Part shown: one piece after another, positions 34,528 through 49,200 of the stretch | Position numbering within the stretch: position 1 is the first letter of the stretch | Layout: every line of letters starts with the position of its first letter | NCBI GenBank assembly: GCA_964016885.1 | Contig: OZ024740.1 | Span: 106,268,001 to 106,332,000, forward strand | Length of the DNA: 64,000 bases | Reading direction: 5' to 3' | From: Eledone cirrhosa | Taxonomy: Eukaryota | Program-made: the position numbers and the translations under genes | The notes under the pieces: model-generated | Told to the model about the DNA's origin: nothing | The model's database searches: none | The model's input: only the letters and a program-made list of their open reading frames with translations

Positions 34528-34912
34528 GGACGGTGGATTGGCAGGGTCATTTGAGTGTCAGCGAAAATGCTTTGTGGTACTTAGGCACAACCCTTTACAT
34601 TGTGAGTTCAAATCCCGCCGTAGCAACTTTGCCGATCATTCTTCCGGGGTTTATAAAATATATTACCAGTAAGGTATTTGGATCGATTTAATCGAGTTTT
34701 ACTTCCCAAGATATTTGCTGGCCTAAATTAGAAGCTATTATTACAATCGGTAGAGGGTCGGACGCCATGCTTTCCAGCATAGTTACGTCCCTTTACGATC
34801 TGAGTTCAAATCCCGCCGAGGTTGACTTTGCCTTTTATCCTTACGGGGTCGATAAAATAAAGTACCAGTAATGCACTGGGTAATTGCTGGCCGTGTGCCT
34901 AAAGTAGAAACA
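34528..34912 (+). mobile_element. Two head-to-tail SINEs (old copy 34528-34740; young short subtype 34747-34912)
   Basis: Both have GAGTTCAAATCCCGCCG; the second differs from the 7410-7573 copy at about 4 positions. Confidence 0.85.
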
Positions 34913-35019
34913 AAAGATAACGCGACATTTTTTGGCATATTTTTAAATGTTTAAAATATCTCTTCCGTTCTCTTAGATCGAGTCACTTCCCAAGTAGGCA
35001 TCATTCCGAAATATTGATG

Positions 35020-36085
35020 TCTAATTTAGACACAAGGCCAATAACTTTGGAGGTAGGGGAGTCGATTATGTGGCACTCAGTACGTGCCTCGTACTATAGT
35101 GTTTGATTCCCAGTGAGATTTGAACACAGAACGTGAAGGTCCGTAACTAAATGCTTGCATGTTTTGTCCGACGCTCTAGCGATTTCGTCAATCCACTGAA
35201 ATAATGGCTTCTGATTTAGGCACAAGGCCAATAATTTGGAGAAAGGAAATTGATTAAACCTACCCCAGTGTGTTACTGGTACTTTATTTTATCGCCTCTG
35301 TAAGGAAGAAGGGCAAAGCTAACCTCCGCGGGATTTGAACTAAGAACGCAAAGGGACGTAACTATATGCCACAGAGCTCTACTAATCCTGTCACTCCACC
35401 ACTCAATCCATCGAAATAATAAATACAATACCTTGGAAACATCAGAAGATTCTAACAATCCAAAAATACACTATAAATACTTCAAGTACTATAACATGTA
35501 CAAGCCGACACGAATAATGTTGAAATTGCTGTTCAAACTCATAGCAAACTACATTACATCTACTTTACAAACACAAATATCTTAAGAAGTTGCATGAAAG
35601 TTTCTCAAATTTAATTTTATGAAGTAGAATAATGTATTATTAGAAAAGAACTTGTACTCAAAAACCTTTCACCGATGAGTGCTAAACAAAAGTAGAAATA
35701 ACTAATGAAATAAGGGTTTCTGATTTAGACACCAGGCCAACAATTTTTGGGGAAAGGGAAAGTCGATGATTAAACCGACCCCAGTGCATGACTGGTACTT
35801 TATTTAATCGGCCCCGCAAGGATGAAAGGCAAAGCTAACCTTGGCGGGATTTGAACTGAGAACGTAAAGGGCTGTAACTTTATGACAAAAAAGGAACATT
35901 ACAAGAAATCCCATATTTACGAACGTACACTATACGATTACCGATTTCCCAAACCCCCGTTTATTTCAACAACCCCCCCGCTTGTAAGAATGTAAGCAAA
36001 TGTCCAACCCCGAACATAAAGGGCCATAACTCTGCCGCTAAGCATGTCCGACGCTCTACCGATTCTGCCAATCCACTGCCCTCAA
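35020..36085 (-). mobile_element. Minus-strand SINE copies (about 35020-35196, 35203-35402, 35712-35885, and a head fragment 36010-36085)
   Basis: Reversed B-box GATTTGAAC and reversed 3' end CACAAGGCCAA recur across the copies. Confidence 0.8.
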
Positions 36086-36130
36086 CTAATGAAACAATAC
36101 AATTATTTCTTCAATTCTCAAACAGAAATA

Positions 36131-36511
36131 CGAGGGTCAACTGAAAAGATCATAGGCTGACCAAGATACTCTCATGGAATGACCAAATGAGGTTTATTTT
36201 TTCACGCAGTCCCTGGAAAGAAACAATGCTGTTATTAATAATAATAGGGCGGTGGAGGGTTGGACGCCCTGTTGTGTAGCATAGAGTTACGACAATTTAC
36301 GTTCTGAGTTCAAATCCCGCCGAGGTTAACTTTGCTTTTCACCATTGCGGGATAGATAAAATAAAGTACTAGTAATGCACTGGGATAATTTCTGGCCTTG
36401 TGCCAAAATAGAAACAATTAATAAGAAGAGTTGAAATTAATGCATGCAAGATTTCACAGTTCTAGCATCACTCTTTCATAGTCAGCCTATCAACTTTTCA
36501 GCCCACCCTCG
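36131..36511. mobile_element. Mariner-type MITE carrying a nested SINE (+, 36246-36416)
   Basis: Terminal inverted repeats CGAGGGTCAACTGAAAAGATCATAGGCTGAC and GTCAGCCTATCAACTTTTCAGCCCACCCTCG; TA on the left, TG on the right; ATTAATAA flanks the SINE. Confidence 0.78.
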
Positions 36512-36917
36512 TGTATACGACAAATATAAAGCATTTCTATTTTGCCCTATATAACTTATTTGTACAATCAGGACTACAAAAGGAAACATTTGGTAATGGA
36601 GGGAGAAAGCAATCTTATTCTTAAACGAAGCTGCAGAAACAGTTAAAGTACAAACGGAGAGATCGACCAAAAATTAAAGAAAAAAAGAGTATCCATATTG
36701 CCAACTAAAAACAGAAATCAACTATTATCTATTATAAAAGAAACGTTGTAAGGTTCCAGTTAAAATAAGAGGAGAACAATGCAGCGAACAACAACGACGC
36801 TGATTGCAAGCAACAATTGTAGCAGCAACGGTTAATATAGAAAAAACAACAGCAGTTTCAATAGCCACATCACCATCACAGATGCCGCCACCACCTCAAC
36901 TAGTAACATTATCCTCA

Positions 36918-37325
36918 TAATGATTTCTACTACAGACACAAGGCCAGCAATTTGGGAAGAGGGGAAAGTCGATTAAATCGATTCCAGGGCATTACTAGTG
37001 CTTTAATTATCGACCCCGTTAGTATGATAAGCAAAGCTAACCTCGGCGGGATTTAAACTCAGAACGTAAAGGGCCGTAACTCTATGCAGCCTAGTATATT
37101 TTCCGAGGAGCTAGCGACACTGCCAATCATTATAATAATTGTTTCTACTTTTGGCACAAGGCCAGCAATTATCCCAGTGCATAACTGGTACTTTATTTTA
37201 TCGACTCTGTAAGGATGAAGGCAAAGTTAACCTCGGCGGAATTTGAACTCAGATCATAAAGGGTCGTAACTCTATGCTGCAAGGCATGGCGTCCGACTTT
37301 CTATCGATACTGCCAATTCACCGCC
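36918..37325 (-). mobile_element. Two tandem SINEs (long subtype 36918-37128; short subtype 37138-37325)
   Basis: Minus-strand head GGCGGTGAATTGGCAGTATCG, B-box GAGTTCAAATTC, shared core and tail. Confidence 0.85.
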
Positions 37326-37339
37326 AATCATCATAATAA

Positions 37340-39480
37340 TAACAACAACCAACTAACACAACATTAACTCATCATCAGCACCACCACTAACACAAACAGT
37401 AACATCCCATCATCATCATCATCATCATCATTATCTTTCACCACCAACAACAGCAATATCCACAAAATCATCATCACTACCACAACGCCCAATGTTAACG
37501 TCTTCACCAACAACATCATCATCACCACCAACAACATCACCAACAACATCATCATCATCACCAACAACATTACCATCACCAACATCACCAACAACAACAT
37601 CACCATCACCACCAACAACAACATCACCAACAACAACAACATCACCATCATCACCAACAACATCACCATCACCACCAACAACATCATCACCACCAACACC
37701 ATCACCAACAACATCACCATTACCACCAACAACAACATCACCAACAACATCACCATCATCACCAACAACATCACCATCACCACCAACAACAACATCACCA
37801 TCACCACCAACAACAACACCATCATCACCTACAACAACACCAACATCACCAACATCACCATCACCACCAACAACAACACCATCACCACCAACAACAACAC
37901 CATCACCACCAACAACAACACCATCACCACCAACAACAACACCATCACCACCAACAACAACACCATCACCACCAACAACAACATCACCAACAACAACAAC
38001 ATCATCACCAACAACACCATCACCAACAACATCATCACCACCAACAACAACACCATCACCACCAACAACAACACCATCATCACCAACAACACCATCACCA
38101 CCAACAACAACACCATCACCACCAACAACATCACCATCACCAACATCACCATCACCACCAACAACAACATCACCTACATCACCATCACTACCATCAACAA
38201 CATCACCATCATCACCATCATCACCATCATCACCAACAACACCATCACCACCAACAACATCACCATCACCAACATCACCATCACCACCAACAACAACATC
38301 ACCTACATCACCATCACCACCATCAACAACATCACCATCATCACCATCATCACCATCATCACCAACAACACCATCACCACCAACAACATCACCATCATCA
38401 CCAACATCACCATCATCACCAACAACAACATCACCAACATCACCATCATCACCATCATCACCAACATCACCATCATCACCAACATCACCATCATCACCAA
38501 CAACATCATCACCAACAACAACATCATCATCACCAACATCACCATCACCACCAAAAACAACACCATCATCACCAACAACATCATCATCACCAACATCACC
38601 ATCATCACCAACAACAACAACATCACCATCATCACCAACAACAACATCATCATCACCAACATCACCATCATCACCAACAACAACATCATCATCATCACAA
38701 ACAACATCACCATCATCACCAACAACATCATCATCACCAACAACAACATCACCATCATCACCAACAACATCATCATCACCAACAACAACATCACCATCAT
38801 CACCAACACCATCACCAACAACATCACCATCATCACCAACAACAACACCATCACCAACAACAACATCACCATCATCACCAACAACATCATCATCACCAAC
38901 AACAACATCACCATCATCACCATCACCATCATCACCAACATCACCATCATCACCAACAACAACACCATCACCATCATCACCAACATCACCATCATCACCA
39001 ACATCACCATCATCACCAACAACAACATCATCACCAACAACATCACCATCACCAACAACAACATCACCATCACCAACATCACCATCATCACCAACAACAA
39101 CATCACCATCATCACCAACATCACCATCATCACCAACAACATCACCATCATCACCAACAACATCACCATCACCAACAACATCACCATCATCACCAACAAC
39201 ATCATCATCATCACCAACAACAACATCACCATCATCACCAACATCACCATCATCACCAACATCACCATCATCACCAACATCACCATCATCACCAACAAGA
39301 TCATCACCATCATCACCAACATCACCATCATCACCAACAACAACATCATCATCATCACCAACTAACGTCACCACCATCACCAACATCACCATCATAACCA
39401 ACAATATCCTCATCATCATCAACAACATCACTGGCACCACAAGCAGCATGGCTAGTAACATCGCAATGAAATCAACAACA
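37340..39480. repeat. Cryptic trinucleotide array of about 2.1 kb made of ACA/CCA/TCA triplets
   Basis: Almost exclusively NCA triplets in a constant phase. Confidence 0.95.
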
Positions 39481-40130
39481 ACCGACAGCAACAACCAACA
39501 GCAACAACAAACAGCAACAAAAACAGCAACAACCAACAGCAACAACCAACAGCAACAACCAACAGCAACAAAAACAGCAACAACCAACAGCAACAACCAA
39601 CAGCAACAACAAACAGCAACAACAAACAGCAACAACCAACAGCAACAATAAACAGCAACAACCAACAGCAACAACCAACAGCAACAACCAACAGCAACAA
39701 CCAACAGCAACAACCAACAGCAACAACAAACAGCAACAACAAACAGCAACAACCAACAGCAACAAAAACAGCAACAACCAACAGCAACAACAAACAGCAA
39801 CAACCAACAGCAACAACCAACAGCAACAACAAACAGCAACAACCAACAGCAACAACCAACAGCAACAACAACAACAACAACCAACAGCAACAACCCACAG
39901 CAACAGCCAACAGCAACAACCAACAGCAACAACAACAACAACAAACAACAACAACAACCAACAGCAACAACCAACAGCAACAACCAACAGCAACAACAAC
40001 AACAACCAACAACAACAACCAACAGCAACAGCCAACAGCAACAACCAACAGCAACAACCAACAGCAACAACAACAACAGCAACAGCCAACAGCAACAACC
40101 AACAGCAACAACCAACACAAACAACAAAAA
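39481..40130. repeat. Degenerate 13-mer repeat (AACAGCAACAACC)
   Basis: Read directly from the sequence. Confidence 0.93.
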
Positions 40131-40220
40131 CAATAGCGACAACAGCTGCAATTTCAATAATACCAAGATGAAGAACGCAACTGAATAACGTGTGCAGAAC
40201 AACAGCATCTTCACTTGTGT

Positions 40221-43200
40221 CAGGTGTTAATTACATTGATGGTGGTAGGTAATATAACATAACTAGAACAGGTGTGTTAATCAGGTTACCTCTCTCAGGT
40301 GTTAATTACATTGATGGTGATAGGTAGTTTAACATACCTGGAACAGTTATGTTACTTTACCTGTATCAGGTGTTAATTACATTGATGATGGTAGGTAGTT
40401 TAACATACCTGGAACAGTTGTGTTACTTTACCTGTAAAATGTGTTAATTACATTGATGATGGTAGGTAGTATAACATACCTGGAACAGTTGTGTTACTTT
40501 ACCTCGCCAGGTGTTAATTACATTGATGATGGTAGGTAGTATAACATACCTGGAACAGTTGTGTTACTTTACCTCGCCAGGTGTTAATTACATTGATGAT
40601 GGTAGGTAGTATAACATACCTGGAACAGTTGTGTTACTTTACCTTGTCAGGTGTTAATTACATTGATGATGGTAGGTAGTATAACATACCTGGAACAGTT
40701 GTGTTACTTTACCTGTATCAGGTGTTAATTACATTGATGATGGTAGGTAGTTTAACATACCTGGAACAGTTGTGTTACTTTACCTGTATCAGGTGTTAAT
40801 TACATTGATGATGGTAGGTAGTATAACATACCTGGAACAGTTGTGTTACTTTACCTCGCCAGGTGTTAATTACATTGATGATGGTAGGTAGTTTAACATA
40901 CCTGGAACAGTTGTGTTACTTTACCTTGTCAGGTGTTAATTGCATTGATGATGGTAGGTAGTATAACATACCTGGAAGAGTTGTGTTACTTTACCTTGTC
41001 AGGCGTTAATTACATTGCTGATGGTAGGTAGTTTAACATACCTGGAACAGTTGTGTTACTTTACCTTGTCAGGTGTTAATTACATTTATGATGGTAGGTA
41101 GTTTAACATACCTGGAATAGTTGTGTTACTTTACCTCGTCAGGCGTTAATTACATTGATGATGGTAGGTAGTTTAACATACCTGGAACAGTTGTGTTACT
41201 TTACCTGTATCAGGTGTTAATTACATTGATGATGGTAGGTAGTTTAACATACCTGGAACAGTTGTGTTACTTTACCTTGTCAGGTGTTAATTACATTTAT
41301 GATGGTAGATAGTTTAACATACCTGGAATAGTTGTGTTACTTTACCTCGTCAGACGTTAATTACATTGATGATGGTAGGTAGTTTAACATACCTGGAACA
41401 GTTGTGTTACTTTACCTGTATCAGGTGTTAATTACATTGATGATGGTAGGTAGTTTAACATACCTGGAACAGTTGTGTTACTTTACCTCGCCAGGTGTTA
41501 ATAACATTGATGATGGTAGGTAGTATAACATACCTGGAACAGTTGTGTTACATTACATGTATCAGGTGTTAATTACATTGATGATGGTAGGTAGTTTAAC
41601 ATACCTGGAACAGTTGTGTTACTTTACCTCGCCAGGTGTTAATTACATTGGTGATGGTAGGTAGTATAACATACCTGGAACAGTTGTGTTACTTTACCTC
41701 GCCAGGTGTTAATTACATTGTTGATGGTAGGTAGTATAACATACCTGGAACAGTTGTGTTACTTTACCTTGTCAGGTGTTAATTACATTGATGATGGTAG
41801 GTAGTTTAACATACCTGTAACAGTTGTGTTACTTTACCTTGTCAGGTGTTAATTACATTGATGATGGTAGGTAGTTTAACATACCTGGAACAGTTGTGTT
41901 ATTTTACCTTGTCAGGTGTTAATTACATTGATGATGGTAGGTAGTATAAGATACCTGGACCAGTTGTGGTACTTTACCTTGTCAGGTGTTAATTACATTG
42001 ATGATGGTAGGTAGTTTAACATACCTGGAATAGTTGTGTTACTTTACCTCGTCAGGTGTTAATTACATTGATGATGGTAGGTAGTATAACATACCTTGAA
42101 CACTTGTGTTACTTTACCTCGTCAGGTGTTAATTACATTGATGATGGTAGGTAGTTTAACATACCTGGAACAGTTGTGTTACTTTACCTGTATCAGGTGT
42201 TAATTACATTGATGATGGTAGGTAGTTTAACATACCTGGAATAGTTGTGTTACTTTACCTCGTCAGGTGTTAATTACATTGATGATGGTAGGTAGTATAA
42301 CATACCTGGAATAGTTGTGTTACTTTACCTCGTCAGGTGTTAATTACATTGATGATGGTAGGTAGTTTAACATACCTGGAACAGTTGTGTTACTTTACCT
42401 GTATCAGGTGTTAATTACATTGATGTTGGTAGGTAGTATAACATACCTGGAACAGTTGTGTTACTTTACCTGTATCAGGTGTTAATTACATTGATGTTGG
42501 TAGGTAGTATAACATACCTGGAACAGATGTGTTACTTTACCTCGTCAGGTGTTAGTTACTTTGATGATGGTAGGTAGTTTAACATACCTGGAACAGTTGT
42601 GTTACTTTACCTTGTCAGTTGTTAATTACATTGATGATGGTAGGTAGTATAACATACCTGGAACAGTTGTGTTACTTTACCTCGTCAGGTGTTAATTACA
42701 TTGATGATGGTAGGTAGTATAACATACCTTGAACAGTTGTGTTACTTTACCTCGTCAGGTGTTAATTACATTGATGATGGTAGGTAGTTTAACATACCTG
42801 GAATAGTTGTGTTACTTTACCTCGTCAGGTGTTAATTACATTGATGATGGTAGGTAGTATAACATACCTTGAACACTTGTGTTACTTTACCTCGTCAGGT
42901 GTTAATTACATTGATGATGGTAGGTAGTTTAACGTACCTGGAACAGTTGTGTTACTTTACCTGTATCAGGTGTTAATTACATTGATGATGGTAGGTAGTT
43001 TAACATACCTGGAATAGTTGTGTTACTTTACCTCGTCAGGTGTTAATTACATTGATGATGGTAGGTAGTATAACATACCTGGAATAGTTGTGTTACTTTA
43101 CCTCGTCAGGTGTTAATTACATTGATGTTGGTAGGTAGTAAAACATACCTGGAAGAGTTGTGTTACTTTACCTGTATCAGGTGTTAATTACATTGATGAT

Positions 43201-46200
43201 GGTAGGTAGTATAACATACCTGGAACCGTTGTGTTACTTTACCTGTATCAGGTGTTAATTACATTGATGTTGGTAGGTAGTATAACATACCTGGAACAGT
43301 TGTGTTACTTTACCTGTATCAGGTGTTAATTACATTGATGTTGGTAGGTAGTATAACATACCTGGAACAGTTGTGTTACTTTATCTCGTCAGGTGTTAAT
43401 TACATTGATGATGCTAGGTAGTATAACATACCTGGAACAGTTGTGTTACTTTACCTCGTCAGGTGTTAATTACATTGATGATGGTAGGTAGTATAACATA
43501 CCTGGAAGAGTTGTGTTACTTTACCTGTATCAGGTGTTAATTACATTGATGATGGTAGGTAGTTTACATACCTGAAACAGTTGTGTTACTTTACCTGTAT
43601 CAGGTGATAATTACATTAATGATGGTAGGTAGTTTAACATACCTGGAACAGTTGTGTTACTTTACCTGTATCAGGTGTTAATTACATTGATGTTGGTAGG
43701 TAGTATAACATACCTGCAACAGTTGTGTTACTTTACCTCGTCAGGTGTTAATTACATTGATGATGGTAGGTAGTATAACATACCTGGAATAGTTGTGTTA
43801 CTTTACCTCGTCAGGTGTTAATTACATTGATGTTGGTAGGTAGTAAAACATACCTGGAAGAGTTGTGTTACTTTACCTGTATCAGGTGTTAATTACATTG
43901 ATGATGGTAGGTAGTATAACATACCTGGAACCGTTGTGTTACTTTACCTGTATCAGGTGTTAATTACATTGATGTTGGTAGGTAGTATAACATACCTGGA
44001 ACAGTTGTGTTACTTTACCTGTATCAGGTGTTAATTACATTGATGTTGGTAGGTAGTATAACATACCTGGAACAGTTGTGTTACTTTATCTCGTCAGGTG
44101 TTAATTACATTGATGATGCTAGGTAGTATAACATACCTGGAACAGTTGTGTTACTTTACCTCGTCAGGTGTTAATTACATTGATGATGGTAGGTAGTTTA
44201 ACATACCTGGAACAGTTGTGTTACTTTACCTGTATCAGGTGTTAATTACATTGATGATGGTAGGTAGTATAACATACCTGCAACAGTTGTGTTACTTTAC
44301 CTGTATCAGGTGTTAATTACATTGATGATGGTAGGTAGTTTAACATACCTGGAACAGTTGTGTTATTTTACCTCGCCAGGTGTTAATTACATTGATGATG
44401 GTAGGTAGTTTAACATACCTTGAACAGTTGTGTTACTTTACCTTGTCAGGTGTTAATTACATTGAAGATGGTAGGTAGTATAACATACCTGGAAGAGTTG
44501 TGTTACTTTACCTGTATCAGGTGTTAATAACATTGATGATGGTAGGTAGTTTACATACCTGAAACAGTTGTGTTACTTTACCTGTATCAGGTGTTAATTA
44601 CATTAATGATGGTAGGTAGTTTAACATACCTGGAACAGTTGTGTTACTTTACCTGTATCAGGTGTTAATTACATTGATGTTGGTAGGTAGTATAACATAC
44701 CTGGAACAGTTGTGTTACTTTACCTTGTCAGGTGTTAATTACATTGATGATGGTAGGTAGTATAACATACCTGGAACACTTGTGTTACTTTACCTCGTCA
44801 GGTGTTAATTACATTGATGATGGTCGGTAGTATAACATACCTGGAACACTTGCGTTACTTTACCTCGTGAGGTGTTAATTACATTGATGATGGTAGGTAG
44901 TATAACATACCTGGAACAGTTGTGTTACTTTACCTGTATCAGGTGTTAATTACATTGATGATGGTAAGTAGTTTAACATACCTGGAACAGTTGTGTTACA
45001 TTACCTTGTCAGGTGTTAATTACATTGATGATGGTAGGTAGTATAACATACCTGGAACACTTGTGTTACTTTACCTCGTCAGGTGTTAATTACATTGATG
45101 ATGGTAGGTAGTATAACATACCTGGAACACTTGTGTTACTTTACCTCGTCAGGTGTTAATTACATTGATGATGGTAGGTAGTATAACATACCTGGAACAG
45201 TTGTGTTACTTTACCTGTATCAGGTGTTAATTACATTGATGATGGTAGGTAGTATAACATACCTTGAACAGTTGTGTTACTTTACCTCGTCAGGTGTTAA
45301 TTACATTGATGATGGTAGGTAGTTTAACATACCTGGAACAGTTGTGTTACTTTACCTTGTCAGGTGTTAATTACATTGATGATGGTAGGTAGTATAACAT
45401 ACCTGGAATAGTTGTGTTACTTTACCTCGCCAGGTGTTAATTACATTGATGATAGTAGGTAGTATAACATACCTGGAACAGTTGTGTTACTTTACCTTGT
45501 CAGGTGTTAATTACATTGATGATGGTAGGTAGTATAACATACCTGGAACAGTTGTGTTACTTTACCTTGTCAGGTGTTAATTACATTGATGATGGTAGGT
45601 AGTTTAACATACCTGGAGCAGTTGTGTTACTTTACCTTTTCAGGTGTTAATTACATTGATGATGGTAGGTAGTATAACATACCTGGAACAGTTGTGGTAC
45701 TTTACCTTGTCAGGTGTTAATTACATTGATGATGGTAGGTAGTTTAACATACCTGGAATAGTTGTGTTACTTTACCTCGTCAGGTGTTAATTACATTGAT
45801 GATGGTAGGTAGTATAACATACCTTGAACACTTGTGTTACTTTACCTCGTCAGGTGTTAATTACATTGATGATGGTAGGTAGTTTAACATACCTGGAACA
45901 GTTGTGTTACTTTACCTGTATCAGGTGTTAATTACATTGATGATGGTAGGTAGTTTAACATACCTGGAATAGTTGTGTTACTTTACCTCGTCAGGTGTTA
46001 ATTACATTGATGATGGTAGGTAGTATAACATACCTGGAATAGTTGTGTTACTTTACCTCGTCAGGTGTTAATTACATTGATATTGGTAGGTAGTAAAACA
46101 TACCTGGAAGAGTTGTGTTACTTTACCTGTATCAGGTGTTAATTACATTGATGATGGTAGGTAGTATAACATACCTGGAACCGTTGTGTTACTTTACCTG

Positions 46201-49200
46201 TATCAGGTGTTAATTACATTGATGTTGGTAGGTAGTATAACATACCTGGAACAGTTGTGTTACTTTACCTGTATCAGGTGTTAATTACATTGATGTTGGT
46301 AGGTAGTATAACATACCTGGAACAGTTGTGTTACTTTATCTCGTCAGGTGTTAATTACATTGATGATGCTAGGTAGTATAACATACCTGGAACAGTTGTG
46401 TTACTTTACCTCGTCAGGTGTTAATTACATTGATGATGGTAGGTAGTTTAACATACCTGGAACAGTTGTGTTACTTTACCTGTATCAGGTGTTAATTACA
46501 TTGATGATGGTAGGTAGTATAACATACCTGGAACAGTTGTGTTACTTTACCTGTATCAGGTGTTAATTACATTGATGATGGTAGGTAGTTTAACATACCT
46601 GGAACAGTTGTGTTATTTTACCTCGCCAGGTGTTAATTACATTGATGATGGTAGGTAGTTTAACATACCTTGAACAGTTGTGTTACTTTACCTTGTCAGG
46701 TGTTAATTACATTGAAGATGGTAGGTAGTATAACATACCTGGAAGAGTTGTGTTACTTTACCTGTATCAGGTGTTAATTACATTGATGATGGTAGGTAGT
46801 TTACATACCTGAAACAGTTGTGTTACTTTACCTGTATCAGGTGTTAATTACATTAATGATGGTAGGTAGTTTAACATACCTGGAACAGTTGTGTTACTTT
46901 ACCTGTATCAGGTGTTAATTACATTGATGTTGGTAGGTAGTATAACATACCTGGAACAGTTGTGTTACTTTACCTCGTCAGGTGTTAATTACATTGATGA
47001 TGGTAGGTAGTATAACATACCTGGAATAGTTGTGTTACTTTACCTCGTCAGGTGTTAATTACATTGATGTTGGTAGGTAGTAAAACATACCTGGAAGAGT
47101 TGTGTTACTTTACCTGTATCAGGTGTTAATTACATTGATGATGGTAGGTAGTATAACATACCTGGAACCGTTGTGTTACTTTACCTGTATCAGGTGTTAA
47201 TTACATTGATGTTGGTAGGTAGTATAACATACCTGGAACAGTTGTGTTACTTTACCTGTATCAGGTGTTAATTACATTGATGTTGGTAGGTAGTATAACA
47301 TACCTGGAACAGTTGTGTTACTTTATCTCGTCAGGTGTTAATTACATTGATGATGCTAGGTAGTATAACATACCTGGAACAGTTGTGTTACTTTACCTTG
47401 TCAGGTGTTAATTACATTGAAGATGGTAGGTAGTATAACATACCTGGAAGAGTTGTGTTACTTTACCTGTATCAGGTGTTAATTACATTGATGATGGTAG
47501 GTAGTTTACATACCTGAAACAGTTGTGTTACTTTACCTGTATCAGGTGTTAATTACATTAATGATGGTAGGTAGTTTAACATACCTGGAACAGTTGTGTT
47601 ACTTTACCTGTATCAGGTGTTAATTACATTGATGTTGGTAGGTAGTATAACATACCTGGAACAGTTGTGTTACTTTACCTTGTCAGGTGTTAATTACATT
47701 GATGATGGTAGGTAGTATAACATACCTGGAACACTTGTGTTACTTTACCTCGTCAGGTGTTAATTACATTGATGATGGTCGGTAGTATAACATACCTGGA
47801 ACACTTGCGTTACTTTACCTCGTCAGGTGTTAATTACATTGATGATGGTAGGTAGTATAACATACCTGGAACAGTTGTGTTACTTTACCTGTATCAGGTG
47901 TTAATTACATTGATGATGGTAAGTAGTTTAACATACCTGGAACAGTTGTGTTACATTACCTTGTCAGGTGTTAATTACATTGATGATGGTAGGTAGTATA
48001 ACATACCTGGAACACTTGTGTTACTTTACCTCGTCAGGTGTTAATTACATTGATGATGGTAGGTAGTATAACATACCTGGAACACTTGTGTTACTTTACC
48101 TCGTCAGGTGTTAATTACATTGATGATGGTAGGTAGTATAACATACCTGGAACAGTTGTGTTACTTTACCTGTATCAGGTGTTAATTACATTGATGATGG
48201 TAGGTAGTATAACATACCTGGAACAGTTGTGTTACTTTACCTGTATCAGGAGTTAATTACATTGATGATGGTAGGTAGTATAACATACCTTGAACAGTTG
48301 TGTTACTTTACCTTGTCAGGTGTTAATTACATTGAAGATGGTAGGTAGTATAACATACCTGGAAGAGTTGTGTTACTTTACCTGTATCAGGTGTTAATTA
48401 CATTGATGATGGTAGGTAGTTTACATACCTGAAACAGTTGTGTTACTTTACCTGTATCAGGTGTTAATTACATTAATGATGGTAGGTAGTTTAACATACC
48501 TGGAACAGTTGTGTTACTTTACCTGTATCAGGTGTTAATTACATTGATGTTGGTAGGTAGTATAACATACCTGGAACAGTTGTGTTACTTTACCTTGTCA
48601 GGTGTTAATTACATTGATGATGGTAGGTAGTATAACATACCTGGAACACTTGTGTTACTTTACCTCGTCAGGTGTTAATTACATTGATGATGGTCGGTAG
48701 TATAACATACCTGGAACACTTGCGTTACTTTACCTCGTGAGGTGTTAATTACATTGATGATGGTAGGTAGTATAACATACCTGGAACAGTTGTGTTACTT
48801 TACCTGTATCAGGTGTTAATTACATTGATGATGGTAAGTAGTTTAACATACCTGGAACAGTTGTGTTACATTACCTTGTCAGGTGTTAATTACATTGATG
48901 ATGGTAGGTAGTATAACATACCTGGAACACTTGTGTTACTTTACCTCGTCAGGAGTTAATTACATTGATGATGGTAGGTAGTATAACATACCTGGAACAC
49001 TTGTGTTACTTTACCTCGTCAGGTGTTAATTACATTGATGATGGTAGGTAGTATAACATACCTGGAACAGTTGTGTTACTTTACCTGTATCAGGTGTTAA
49101 TTACATTGATGATGGTAGGTAGTATAACATACCTGGAACAGTTGTGTTACTTTACCTGTATCAGGAGTTAATTACATTGATGTTGGTAGGTAGTATAACA

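Noticed and set aside
37431-40214. 927-aa and 719-aa ORFs as real genes
   Set aside because: NCA/TGN triplet repeats rarely form stops. The minus ORF cycles through all three frames of the 13-mer repeat, and codon use is almost invariant.
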